Shown: positions 54,676 through 63,957 of the stretch, piece after piece
Numbering within the stretch: the first letter of the stretch is position 1
Layout: each line of letters opens with the position of its first letter
Virus record (IMG/VR): IMGVR_UViG_2595698394_000001
Coordinates: 81,866 to 145,865 of that record
Direction: 5' to 3' (one strand)
From: a virus
Lineage: Duplodnaviria; Heunggongvirae; Uroviricota; Caudoviricetes
Length of the DNA: 64,000 nt
The notes under the pieces: model-generated
Databases searched by the model: none
The model's input: the letters and a program-made list of their open reading frames with translations, nothing else
Told to the model about the DNA's origin: nothing
Made by a program: the position numbers and the translations under genes

Positions 54676-56817
54676 ATGAAAGAGTTTAATACAAAAATAC
54701 AAAAGCAATTAGATAAGATATCAAAAGGTGGAAAACTATTTAGAGTAGAATTGACAGGAGAAGAAATTTGGTCTTTGTACTTAAACTCTTTTGAAAAAGG
54801 GGATGACCCTGTATTTAGAGATCCTGAGTCTACAGTCCACAATTGTAACCATTGCAACAACTTTGTCCGAAGATATGGTAATGTAGTGGCAATAAATAAA
54901 GATATGGAGATTGAGTCTATATTTGATGTGGATATTGAAGGGGAATTTAAACCAGTTGCGGCAGCTATGGCCAAAGCTATTAGAAACTCTAAAATTAATA
55001 ATGTTTTCATAGAAACATTTCAAAACTTGAAAGAGGCTCCTTATGAGAAGTGCACTAAAAATAATGAAGTATTTCTTCTTGGAGTAGATAAAAACGCAAA
55101 AGCATACACAGAGTTAGAAGCTAAGAAATTTGGAGTAGTAAAGGCAGGTGATGTTAAACTGTTTAACCACTTGCATATGACTTTAGATAAGTCTTTTGTA
55201 GATATGTCAGGTAAATCTGAGGCTTCTATTTTAGCTAACTATAGAAGTAGCAAAGAGGTTTTTGAAAGAGCAATGGAGGAGATATCTTTAGATACCTTAA
55301 CTCTTGTTAAAGAGTTAATTAATCAAGGTTCATTACTTAATGGTGATGCTTTCTTACATAAAATAAAGTCTATATCTTCTAAGAAGAAAGCATATGACCT
55401 TGCTAAAAGGTTTTCTCCTTCTAGCCTTAACAATTGGTGCTGGGACAGATCTTACGGTTATGACCTAGCTAAGTTTAGAAATGAGCTTATTGGAGTCCTA
55501 TGTACTGAAATTACTGAAGGTAAAGATTTAACTAAAGCATGTCTTGCTTGGAACAAAAGAGTAGATCCTGCAAACTTTATGTTAGCTGTGGCTCCAATAA
55601 CTGAGACTCAGAAAAAGAATGCTAAGAAATTTGCGGAGGAAAATGGGTACTTAGATTCTTTTGATAGAGAATTTGCGAAGTTGGATGATATTTTAGTAGA
55701 TGAAATACAGCATATTAATTCAGGTGATGGTACTATTAAAGTTGCCTCTGTTTTTGATAAGGTAAAAACTCCTTCTACCCAACATAAAAGGAGTGAATTT
55801 AAAAACATTCCTGAGGTTGGTATAGATAAGTTTATGGCAGACATTCTGCCTGGTTGTACCTCTGTAGAAGTGTTTCTAGAGAATAAACATGAAAGAAATT
55901 TAGTCACCATGACTACTTCTAAAAATAAAGGCTGTAAACCTATGTTTAAATGGGACAATCCTTATTCTTGGACTTATAAAGGTAACTTAGCAGGTGTTTC
56001 TCTTATCAAAGAAGCTATTAAGTCTAGGGGTGGAGATACTACTGGATGCCTAAATATTAGAATGGCCTTTCCTGATACGACAAACGATTATGATCTCCAT
56101 ATGAAAGAGCCTACGAAAAATCTTATATACTATAATAATGTTAGACAGAGACATTCTTCTTCTGGTATGCTAGATTTAGACGCTCAAGGAGTAGATGGCA
56201 ATCAAACACCTGAAAATAGAGTAGAGAATATTAATTATCAAGATATTAACTCTATGCCTGAAGGTATTTATACAGTTTCAGTGGAGGACTATTCTGGAGG
56301 AAAATTTCCTGCAAATTGCTATTTAGAGGTAGAGTTTGGAGGGGAGACTACTTCTCTTGTGATTGAAGCTAAAAATACTAAAAATAATTCAGTTGAAGTG
56401 TGCCAAATTATTTTAAAGAATGGGGAATTTACTATAAAACCTTCTGATAAAGTAGTTTTAACAGGCTCAGAGAGCTTAACTAAAAATGTGTATGGATTAG
56501 ATACTAATAAGTTCCATAAGGTTAACTTAATGTGTCTATCCCCTAATTACTGGAGTAATAACGAAGTGGGCTTTAAGCACTTCTTCTTTATGCTAGATAA
56601 GTGTAAGACGGACACAGCTATCAAAAGTTTTCACACTGAGAACTTAAACCAAGATTTAGTGCCTCATAGAAAAGTACTTGATGTTTTAAGTGCTACAACT
56701 ATGATAGAGCCTAAAGGTGCTCAGCTTTCGGGGTTAGGGTTTAATGCTACAGTAAGAGATGAAGTAGTATTAAAATTATCTGGAAGTTTTAAAAGAACTA
56801 TCAAAGTTAAATTTTAA
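54676..56817 (+). CDS. Large hypothetical protein (713 aa) with an N-terminal His/Cys cluster (HNCNHCNNF)
   Basis: Longest ORF in the window; no recognisable catalytic motif by eye. Confidence 0.6.
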   Translation: MKEFNTKIQKQLDKISKGGKLFRVELTGEEIWSLYLNSFEKGDDPVFRDPESTVHNCNHCNNFVRRYGNVVAINKDMEIESIFDVDIEGEFKPVAAAMAKAIRNSKINNVFIETFQNLKEAPYEKCTKNNEVFLLGVDKNAKAYTELEAKKFGVVKAGDVKLFNHLHMTLDKSFVDMSGKSEASILANYRSSKEVFERAMEEISLDTLTLVKELINQGSLLNGDAFLHKIKSISSKKKAYDLAKRFSPSSLNNWCWDRSYGYDLAKFRNELIGVLCTEITEGKDLTKACLAWNKRVDPANFMLAVAPITETQKKNAKKFAEENGYLDSFDREFAKLDDILVDEIQHINSGDGTIKVASVFDKVKTPSTQHKRSEFKNIPEVGIDKFMADILPGCTSVEVFLENKHERNLVTMTTSKNKGCKPMFKWDNPYSWTYKGNLAGVSLIKEAIKSRGGDTTGCLNIRMAFPDTTNDYDLHMKEPTKNLIYYNNVRQRHSSSGMLDLDAQGVDGNQTPENRVENINYQDINSMPEGIYTVSVEDYSGGKFPANCYLEVEFGGETTSLVIEAKNTKNNSVEVCQIILKNGEFTIKPSDKVVLTGSESLTKNVYGLDTNKFHKVNLMCLSPNYWSNNEVGFKHFFFMLDKCKTDTAIKSFHTENLNQDLVPHRKVLDVLSATTMIEPKGAQLSGLGFNATVRDEVVLKLSGSFKRTIKVKF

Positions 56818-56834
56818 AGTATAGTAGCAATGTG

Positions 56835-56880
56835 TTAAACCTCTGTTAATTAATTTTAGCAGAGGTTTAAATGTTTTATA
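56835..56880 (+). terminator. Hairpin with T-rich tail (terminator-like)
   Basis: ttaaacctctg-ttaattaatttta-gcagaggtttaa, then atgTTTTaTaTTT. Confidence 0.4.
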
Positions 56881-56929
56881 TTTACAGTGTAAAAAGCAAA
56901 AATAGTAGTAATTTTTAAAAAATAAACAT

Positions 56930-57220
56930 ATGAAAAATTTAAAAACAAGAATAAGTTATGTATTATGTCTGTTACTGGCAGCTCTCTTATTTACAGGGTG
57001 TGCAGAAGTAACATTTATTGAACAATGTACCACAGTTGAACCTTATGGATTTTGGGGAGGATTATGGCATGGAATAATTGCACCTATTTCTTTTTTAGGT
57101 AGTCTGTTCTTTGATGATATAGCAATGTATGCTATAAATAATAATGGTGGATGGTATGACTTTGGATTTGCAATTGGTTCAGGAATAATTTTTACTGGTG
57201 GAAGTAGTTCTAGTAAATAA
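56930..57220 (+). CDS. Putative lipoprotein (96 aa)
   Basis: Signal + lipobox LFTGCAE. Confidence 0.5.
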   Translation: MKNLKTRISYVLCLLLAALLFTGCAEVTFIEQCTTVEPYGFWGGLWHGIIAPISFLGSLFFDDIAMYAINNNGGWYDFGFAIGSGIIFTGGSSSSK

Positions 57221-57435
57221 TGAAAGCCATAGACAAAATGCAAAGAGATTGCGACAACTTTATGAGGGAAGTAATTATATTTTGGGCTGCTATATTTGTA
57301 TTCCCATTTAAGACTGTTAGAATTTTAGCCTGGAAGTGGGAGAGATGGATTCAAAACTCTGAAGCCATTATAAAAGAAAGGCATAGAGTTATAAATGATT
57401 CAGTCTATGGTAAAGTAAAAAACTTAAAAAAATAA
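57220..57435 (+). CDS. Small membrane protein (71 aa)
   Basis: Hydrophobic segment IIFWAAIFVFPF. Confidence 0.4.
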   Translation: MKAIDKMQRDCDNFMREVIIFWAAIFVFPFKTVRILAWKWERWIQNSEAIIKERHRVINDSVYGKVKNLKK

Positions 57436-57437
57436 TT

Positions 57438-57686
57438 ATGAAAAACAAAGGATTAGCTGTTGTAATAAAAAATGAACTAGAGTTTAATTTAATTAAGGAG
57501 TTTTTAGGTAAAGAAAACTTGTATATTCACTTTGTCCCTCAAATGGCTGAAATAAAAACATCTATTGTTATTTTCGCAGACAGATGCACTTTTTTATCTA
57601 CAGGAACAGTAGGCAAGGCCGAAATGCAGGAGAATCTAGGATTAAGATTAGTTGAATTTAATAACTTTTTTAAACTAACAACATAA
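57438..57686 (+). CDS. Hypothetical protein (82 aa)
   Basis: ORF track. Confidence 0.45.
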   Translation: MKNKGLAVVIKNELEFNLIKEFLGKENLYIHFVPQMAEIKTSIVIFADRCTFLSTGTVGKAEMQENLGLRLVEFNNFFKLTT

Positions 57687-57690
57687 GAGT

Positions 57691-58101
57691 ATGAAAATAG
57701 AAAACAAAGAGAAATTAGAATTAAAACATATTGCACCTTACTTGCCTTATGAGTTAAGTATACTGGTAAAAACAAGAGGTAACTTTACCTGTGATCCTGA
57801 AGTCGTAGAAAAAACGATATTGACGCCAAATAACTTATTTAGATTTTTAGGTAAAAAGCCATATAGGTGCTTAAGTCAGAAACTTCTGCTAAAACCGTTA
57901 AGTGATTTAATTGAAGATGAGGAATTTTACGAATCTTTTTACACAACTTTTATCGAGGAAGATAATATTGGATATTTATGTGAATCAAAAAAAGATATCT
58001 CAAGAAGTGGACTAAGCTATTCATGCCTTATTTTTCTTATTGAAAATCATTTTGATGTTTTCGGACTTATAGAAAAAGGACTAGCAGAACCAATTAAATA
58101 A
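57691..58101 (+). CDS. Hypothetical protein (136 aa)
   Basis: ORF track. Confidence 0.5.
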   Translation: MKIENKEKLELKHIAPYLPYELSILVKTRGNFTCDPEVVEKTILTPNNLFRFLGKKPYRCLSQKLLLKPLSDLIEDEEFYESFYTTFIEEDNIGYLCESKKDISRSGLSYSCLIFLIENHFDVFGLIEKGLAEPIK

Positions 58102-58107
58102 AACGAT

Positions 58108-58854
58108 ATGAATACAATTAAAGAAAACAATTATAGAGTAGTAAGGTATTTTGATGACAATTTTGATGGTTTTGTAGGAGAAAAACACTTGTCAAAATCT
58201 GATGCTGAGGAACTAGCTAATAAGTATCGTAAAGGATCTAAGTACCTAACAACATTTAGTGTGAAAGAACAAGTAGCTATTTTAGGTATACAGAAATTTA
58301 ATGACGGGAAAGCATATATATTCAACAGGATTCCAGAGAAAGCAGAGAATGGAAATGTCTGTATTACAGCAGAATCTTATGAATCGTTAATGGATTGTTT
58401 TGTATTTTGTTCTTATCAAATGCATGAGAAGAAACTAGAGAATCTTGAAAAAGAGTACTATGCAAGAGGTGGTATTTTTTATGACACATACCAAGGATAT
58501 AAGGAAGAAGTATTGAATCCAGAGAAAGATAAAAGACGCAATGAGTTTAGGGTTGAACTTATTGAAAAATTACTTAAGCATAATTTCAGAGAAGTTGGGA
58601 AGCAAAAATACTACAATGAAGAACTTGGAATTACTGTTCAACAAGTAGATACAAACAGAGTAAGTCTTAGCCACCCTCATTGTAAAAAACATGAAGATAT
58701 TGAGAATATTGGATTCTTTAATAGAATGTTCCTTGGGTCCATGTTTTCTGAGTATACGGACGACTATAGACAGTTAACTCCTAACTTATTTAATATACCT
58801 TGCCAAAAAGATAATAAAGGGTATACCCACTTAGTATTTGAAGTGACAATTTAA
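58108..58854 (+). CDS. Hypothetical protein (248 aa)
   Basis: ORF track. Confidence 0.5.
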   Translation: MNTIKENNYRVVRYFDDNFDGFVGEKHLSKSDAEELANKYRKGSKYLTTFSVKEQVAILGIQKFNDGKAYIFNRIPEKAENGNVCITAESYESLMDCFVFCSYQMHEKKLENLEKEYYARGGIFYDTYQGYKEEVLNPEKDKRRNEFRVELIEKLLKHNFREVGKQKYYNEELGITVQQVDTNRVSLSHPHCKKHEDIENIGFFNRMFLGSMFSEYTDDYRQLTPNLFNIPCQKDNKGYTHLVFEVTI

Positions 58855-58869
58855 TATAACATCAGTAAT

Positions 58870-59112
58870 ATGGAGTACAAAAATAAAACACCAGAAGAGG
58901 TTGATTACATAATTAGTAAATATACACCTAACAAGCAATTACTTATACACGGTGTTAGTGAGAGTGCTTTTGAAATTAAGCCTATATCTATGGAATTAAG
59001 CGAAATCCTTAAACAGCATCTTGCAAGTATAGAACAAGCCAATAAGTTAGTAGAAACTTTAGTAAGTAAACTTGGAATACCTGAAAAAAACTTTGGTGAG
59101 CATTCTCACTAA
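58870..59112 (+). CDS. Hypothetical protein (80 aa)
   Basis: ORF track. Confidence 0.45.
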   Translation: MEYKNKTPEEVDYIISKYTPNKQLLIHGVSESAFEIKPISMELSEILKQHLASIEQANKLVETLVSKLGIPEKNFGEHSH

Positions 59113-59204
59113 CGGCTACGGCTATGAAGTGTTGCCGAAGAAAGACACTTTCAAAATTGCACCAATGCTGATAGCAATAATTTATAGCCGTTGTTAGCTA
59201 TCTG

Positions 59205-59393
59205 GTGCGGAAATTAAGAAAAATGATAAATAATACTTTAGATGCCTATAATAATTGGGGTAATGTAGCAGATTACGAATCTGACGAAACAACAGTTACT
59301 TTATTAGACAAAAATGGAGTTGCATTAGCAGAATTTAATTACCCTAAGTTTACTTCTACTGATTTTGAAAGGTATGTTAACACTTGTTGTTAA
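59205..59393 (+). CDS. Hypothetical protein (62 aa)
   Basis: ORF track. Confidence 0.4.
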   Translation: MRKLRKMINNTLDAYNNWGNVADYESDETTVTLLDKNGVALAEFNYPKFTSTDFERYVNTCC

Positions 59394-59441
59394 CAATGTT
59401 ATATAGTTAACTACACACAAAAAATTATTAAATTAAAACAA
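59394..59441 (+). promoter_or_regulatory. Duplicated ~50-nt leader caatgttatatagttaactacaca...aaaaaattattaaattaaaacaa (copy 1) ending at an ATG
   Basis: Near-identical copy at 59788-59840, also ending at an ATG. Confidence 0.45.
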
Positions 59442-59777
59442 ATGACTACAAAAGAAATAGCATTAACAATATGTGAGAAAATGCAGAATGAATACCCTAA
59501 AAGACCTATATGGCAAACTATGTTAGAAATAGAGGACTTAATAAATAAGCACGTAGAAAAGCAATTATCTATGCACGGTGTTGTATTTAACGAAGCGAAA
59601 ACAATTGATAAGCAAACGCAAAAGAAACATATTGAAGATATTATGCAATCAGATGAAGAACTTGGTTTGTATAGCGAACAGTTGTTTTGTGATTGTGGTA
59701 AAAACAAGCCTATAATAAAAGAACCTGCTTATATTCATTGCACTTGGTGTGATAAAACATATTCAGAAACAAAATAA
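59442..59777 (+). CDS. Hypothetical protein (111 aa) with C-terminal CDCG...HCTWCD zinc-ribbon-like motif
   Basis: ORF track; preceded by the duplicated leader. Confidence 0.5.
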   Translation: MTTKEIALTICEKMQNEYPKRPIWQTMLEIEDLINKHVEKQLSMHGVVFNEAKTIDKQTQKKHIEDIMQSDEELGLYSEQLFCDCGKNKPIIKEPAYIHCTWCDKTYSETK

Positions 59778-59787
59778 TTGTTTACAA

Positions 59788-59840
59788 CAATGTTATATAG
59801 TTAACTACACAACACACAAAAAATTATTAAATTAAAACAA
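59788..59840 (+). promoter_or_regulatory. Duplicated leader (copy 2)
   Basis: Matches 59394-59441. Confidence 0.45.
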
Positions 59841-60140
59841 ATGACTGAACAATTAAAAAATATTTTGCTAGAGATACTAACCCATTTTAAAACAGGCTTA
59901 GATGACATAGAGGCAGGAAGTGAAGAAAGACAGCCAATGCAAGATGAGATAGACTTCGCTCTGCCACTAGTTGAAAAATTATCTATACATAGTACTATAG
60001 ATCGTATTTCTAGAATGAAAGATGACTCTGGCAGACAAGGATGTACTTATGGTGATACTGAGTTTGATAGTCTGAGTGTAGTTTATGGTTATAACCGAGC
60101 GATTGATGATGTGATCGAAACTATTAAAAAGATTGAGTAA
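59841..60140 (+). CDS. Hypothetical protein (99 aa)
   Basis: ORF track; preceded by the duplicated leader. Confidence 0.5.
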   Translation: MTEQLKNILLEILTHFKTGLDDIEAGSEERQPMQDEIDFALPLVEKLSIHSTIDRISRMKDDSGRQGCTYGDTEFDSLSVVYGYNRAIDDVIETIKKIE

Positions 60141-60362
60141 AATATAATGAATTATGAAAAATGAAGAATTATTAGACTTATTAAACGATAACAACCAAGT
60201 TTTAAATGATGCTTTAGAGCAAATAGATTTCTCAACTTATGTTACCAATAAAATAAAAGAACAGATAAAAACAAATAATATTACCATAGAAGCTGTTAAA
60301 TAAAAGTTAAAGAGGATTATTAATCAAATATGTTTTAATACATTTGTATCAAACAAAACAAC

Positions 60363-60890
60363 ATGGAGACAAAGAGTAAAAGTATTTTTAGTAAAATAGT
60401 TAAGTATTCGGATTTAGTCCAGGCTATGGTAGATGGCCTTACTAAAGAGTGGGTTAAAGTAGATATGAGTACTTTTGGAGAATACAGAGTAGAAAATAAA
60501 AAAGGTATTTTAGGTTACTTCTCCTCTCCAAAAAAAGTATGCTACGGATGTGCAGCCACGAACACTTTATGCGAATTGATGGGAAAACCTTTTCCTGTTG
60601 ATACAGTAGGACTCAACTATAAAAGAGCTGAAACCTTAAATTTAACCCGTGCAGAGTTAACTAGTTTTGAATTATCTGTAGATGATTTAAGAAAGGGGCA
60701 TATAATATCTAGTACGGAACTCTTTTTAGATTATATGCAATGGGGTAATTCTTCTATATCTGAATCTGAAAGAGACGCTATCCTATCTATTGCAGGTAAA
60801 ATGGACCTACCTCTAATGTACTGTAAAGACTTAGAACAGTTAAATAAGTACCAACTTTTTGCTACAGAACTTAAAAATAATAATTTGTAA
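60363..60890 (+). CDS. Hypothetical protein (175 aa)
   Basis: ORF track. Confidence 0.5.
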   Translation: METKSKSIFSKIVKYSDLVQAMVDGLTKEWVKVDMSTFGEYRVENKKGILGYFSSPKKVCYGCAATNTLCELMGKPFPVDTVGLNYKRAETLNLTRAELTSFELSVDDLRKGHIISSTELFLDYMQWGNSSISESERDAILSIAGKMDLPLMYCKDLEQLNKYQLFATELKNNNL

Positions 60891-60961
60891 AAATCTTGCA
60901 TAATTAAATATAGTAGTATATATTTGCATCAATATAAAAATTAATCCTTAATTATTTTAAC

Positions 60962-61162
60962 ATGAAAAAAGTAACATTATTATTATCTATGCTAATGATT
61001 TTAGCATTTACATTTACGCCAACAGAAGTGGATGCCCAGGTCGCTCTGCCGAATCCAGATACAAACAGGATTTGTAAGACTGTTAAGGTAACTAAGTATT
61101 TTCTGATGTTTATACCTTATGAAAGTTATGAAACTCGTTGTAGATACCAGTATACTTATTAA
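60962..61162 (+). CDS. Small secreted protein (66 aa)
   Basis: Signal peptide MKKVTLLLSMLMILAFTFTPTEVDAQ. Confidence 0.45.
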   Translation: MKKVTLLLSMLMILAFTFTPTEVDAQVALPNPDTNRICKTVKVTKYFLMFIPYESYETRCRYQYTY

Positions 61163-61333
61163 CATGGCATAAAAATAGAATTGTAAGTTCAAAGTAATAA
61201 AACTCATACTGACCGAAGGCGTGTAAAGAGGGTCGAGCCTCAAAATAAAAGTACACAGTAGGAGGTATAGCATTCTAGAAGGCAGGTAAAGAGCCTGAAG
61301 AGCTTACAATTCTTATTATATTAAAAGTAAATA

Positions 61334-61481
61334 TTCGGATATAGCTCAGTTGGTAGAGCGTAGCACCAATCGGGTAGTTCAATTGGTAGAACATCACACT
61401 GATAATGTGAAGGTTGTGGGTTCGAGTCCCATCCCGATTACCATAAAAGCTAAGGTCGGTGGTTCGATTCCATCTATCCGT
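61334..61481 (+). ncRNA. Split tRNA-like gene whose anticodon-loop region is interrupted by a complete tRNA-Ile
   Basis: 5' half tcggata-ta-gctc-agttggta-gagc-g-tagca-cc (61334-61366) and 3' half ccataaa-agcta-aggtc-ggtggTTCGATTccatc-tatccgt (61440-61480) pair as acceptor, D-arm, anticodon stem and T-arm around the 73-nt insert. Confidence 0.35.
61367..61439 (+). tRNA. tRNA-Ile (GAT), second copy, nested inside the split tRNA-like gene
   Basis: Perfect cloverleaf: aatcggg-ta-gttc-aattggta-gaac-a-tcaca-ctgataa-tgtga-aggtt-gtgggTTCGAGTcccat-cccgatt-a. Confidence 0.7.
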
Positions 61482-61506
61482 ACTAATAATTAATAAACAA
61501 GTAATA

Positions 61507-61893
61507 ATGGAAATTTTTAAACAAGCAGCTAAAGAGAAACTTAGATTTGAAACCTCTAAAGGTTTTGTCACAGTAGAGCAGTTATTCGACTTAAATATAA
61601 CAGCTTTAACTAGAATAATTAAAAATCTTAAAAAAGAACTTTCTAAAGATAACGATGACGAGTTATCTTTTTTAGATGAAACTTCTGCTCCAGTAAATAA
61701 AAAAGTTACTTTGCAATTTAATATTGCTAAAGAAGTTTATTTAGAGCGTAAGAAAGAAAATGAGGATGCAGCTGAAGCCTTAGCTAAAAAAGAGGCTAGA
61801 CAAAAAGCTATTGAAGAAAAAGCTAGGAGACAAGAAAAAGCTATCACAACTATCAGTGATGATGAGTTGGAGGCTATTATAAACCAAAAATAA
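61507..61893 (+). CDS. Hypothetical coiled-coil protein (~129 aa)
   Basis: ORF track 61459..61893 trimmed to the Met (MEIFKQAA), since the upstream part overlaps the tRNA. Confidence 0.45.
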   Translation: MEIFKQAAKEKLRFETSKGFVTVEQLFDLNITALTRIIKNLKKELSKDNDDELSFLDETSAPVNKKVTLQFNIAKEVYLERKKENEDAAEALAKKEARQKAIEEKARRQEKAITTISDDELEAIINQK

Positions 61894-62020
61894 TGGGTGT
61901 AATAGCAATAATCATTGCTTATTTTTACTTTAAACCATTTATTGCTCTAGATAAAGAAAGCAATAAATGGTTTATCCATTATTGGAGTATAGATAGGTCT
62001 AAAATTTTAAAATACGAATT

Positions 62021-62233
62021 ATGAAAGATAGCTATTTAGAAAGAAGAGTAAACTCTGCTGTAGATGACGGAGTTTCTGCTGTAGATGAGCTTAGGAGCGT
62101 GGCTGAAGACTTAGTACAGGAAATTGAGAAGTTAGAAGATGAAGTAGCTGACTATGAGAACAAGGTTAGTGAGTTAGAACAAAGGATTGAAGATCTTAAA
62201 ATAGAGATCGAGGAACTAGAGAACGAAGACTAG
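62021..62233 (+). CDS. Small acidic coiled-coil protein (70 aa)
   Basis: ORF track. Confidence 0.45.
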   Translation: MKDSYLERRVNSAVDDGVSAVDELRSVAEDLVQEIEKLEDEVADYENKVSELEQRIEDLKIEIEELENED

Positions 62234-62234
62234 T

Positions 62235-62831
62235 ATGTACTTGAACATAAAACTTATCCATGAATTAGGTTTTGACGCTATTGATATTTTGCAGATGCAA
62301 TTGTTAAAGCAGAACAGAAACGAAGACTTAACAGAAATACTTCCAGAGTATTTTGAAGAGGAGGTTATAGAAAAACTAAGTACCCAAGGTATTCTAGTAA
62401 AAGTTAAAAAGAAAAAGAAGTCTGACAGTGATATGTCTATTATCAGGCTCTCTAAAAAAGGACAAGATATATTAGATAAAGTTTGTACTCCAAAAGTAGA
62501 AGAAAGAGACTACCAAATGTTAGAGTACTTAACTGAGATGTATCTTTCTCATGAAGACTCTGAAAGAAAAGTAGGGAATAAGAAAAAAGTTGTCCAGTAT
62601 ATCTCTATCTTTAGAAATCATATGGGGTTCTCTATCCACCAAACTTATTGGTTATTATGGAGATTTTTACAAGACTTTTCATATACAAAAGTTCTGGAGT
62701 ATCTATTTTTTAATAGTAATAAGAATAGGTATGGAACTTTTGAGGCTAATATTGAAGATAGTCCAATATACCAGTACTATGAAGAGAACAAAGAAAGTAT
62801 TGAACAACTTTGGAAAAATAAAATAAAATAG
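62235..62831 (+). CDS. Hypothetical protein (198 aa); position suggests a helicase accessory/loader role, with no motif support
   Basis: ORF track; immediately upstream of the RecA-fold ATPase. Confidence 0.5.
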   Translation: MYLNIKLIHELGFDAIDILQMQLLKQNRNEDLTEILPEYFEEEVIEKLSTQGILVKVKKKKKSDSDMSIIRLSKKGQDILDKVCTPKVEERDYQMLEYLTEMYLSHEDSERKVGNKKKVVQYISIFRNHMGFSIHQTYWLLWRFLQDFSYTKVLEYLFFNSNKNRYGTFEANIEDSPIYQYYEENKESIEQLWKNKIK

Positions 62832-62834
62832 AGT

Positions 62835-63941
62835 ATGGATATAAAGTTATTCAAAGATTTTACAAAAGAAGCTTTTTTAGAGTTGAATAAGCTTCAAAAA
62901 GGGGAGAAGAGGTTGCCTAAAACAGGTGAGGATTTTATTGATAGTCATATAGGGTGTATTTTACCAGGAGATGTTATTCTTATCTCAGCTCTTTCTGGCC
63001 AAGGTAAGACTGAGACTCTTCAAAGAATGAAAAAGAAAATACTTAGTTTAACTGTAAATCCAGATGCTGAAAATTATGTCTTTTTAGATGTGTCTTTAGA
63101 AATGAAAGTTTTCAATATCCTTTTAAGAGGTATAGCTGGAACCATAAAAAAGAAAAAATCTGATATTCTTTTTAAAGAATTTACAGAAGAAGAAAAAGAG
63201 GAAGTAAATAAGTATTATAAAGGTGTTAATGACAAAAGGCACTACCTTTCTCAGTCTCCTACAACTGTAGACCAATTTGAAGAAAAGGTTAGGGAGTTTT
63301 TAACTGAACATAAGGACAAGGAGGCTGTTTTTGTAGCTTTAGATCACGTATTACTTTTTAAAGGGGCTGAGAAACAGAGTTTGTTAGAAAAGCTTTGTGA
63401 GGCTGTTAATCAGTTGAAATTAGAGTTTTCTAACGTGTATTTTATTTTAATTTCTCAAAATAACAGAGCTCTTGTGGGTAGGATAGCTGAAAAAAGTAAC
63501 AGTGCGTCACCAAATGCTGGTGATGTCTTTGGAAGTAGTTTCTTAGATCAATTATGTAGCTTTAACATTATTCTATATGATGCTTTTAAAATGGGGATTA
63601 GTCAATACATGAAGGTTAATCCTGATAGATATGATTATCTTAGCGAGTACTTTGGAGATGAGGATAGTAAAGGTAAAGTAAGTTTTGAAACTGAAAATAA
63701 GATCTTTGTCCATCTTATTAAAACCAGAGAGTCTGATACTCCTTATAAAGATATATTTGTAATTGAAAAAGATGTATCCGAAGAAAGTAAGGCTAGAGTA
63801 TCCTTTAAAGAGAAGACTCCTTCAGGACCTAAGTTTACCTTACCTGATGAAAAGACTGTTTTTGCAGAGCCAGAAATAAAAGTTCTTTCCCCTTTTGAGG
63901 CCTTCGGAGGACCAGAGGAAGAAGACGATAAACCGTTTTAA
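62835..63941 (+). CDS. RecA-fold / DnaB-like ATPase (probable replicative helicase) with an acidic C-terminal tail ...EEEDDKPF
   Basis: Walker A SALSGQGKTETL; Walker B-like VFVALDHVLLF; C-terminal acidic tail ending in Phe. Confidence 0.55.
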   Translation: MDIKLFKDFTKEAFLELNKLQKGEKRLPKTGEDFIDSHIGCILPGDVILISALSGQGKTETLQRMKKKILSLTVNPDAENYVFLDVSLEMKVFNILLRGIAGTIKKKKSDILFKEFTEEEKEEVNKYYKGVNDKRHYLSQSPTTVDQFEEKVREFLTEHKDKEAVFVALDHVLLFKGAEKQSLLEKLCEAVNQLKLEFSNVYFILISQNNRALVGRIAEKSNSASPNAGDVFGSSFLDQLCSFNIILYDAFKMGISQYMKVNPDRYDYLSEYFGDEDSKGKVSFETENKIFVHLIKTRESDTPYKDIFVIEKDVSEESKARVSFKEKTPSGPKFTLPDEKTVFAEPEIKVLSPFEAFGGPEEEDDKPF

Positions 63942-63957
63942 TGTTAAAAAAATCCCA

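Noticed and set aside
61001-61571. Minus-strand ORFs 61001..61273 and 61275..61571
   Set aside because: They overlap the secreted-protein gene and the tRNA locus on the opposite strand.
62590-62826. Plus-strand ORF in an alternative frame
   Set aside because: It is fully contained in the 62235..62831 gene in another frame.
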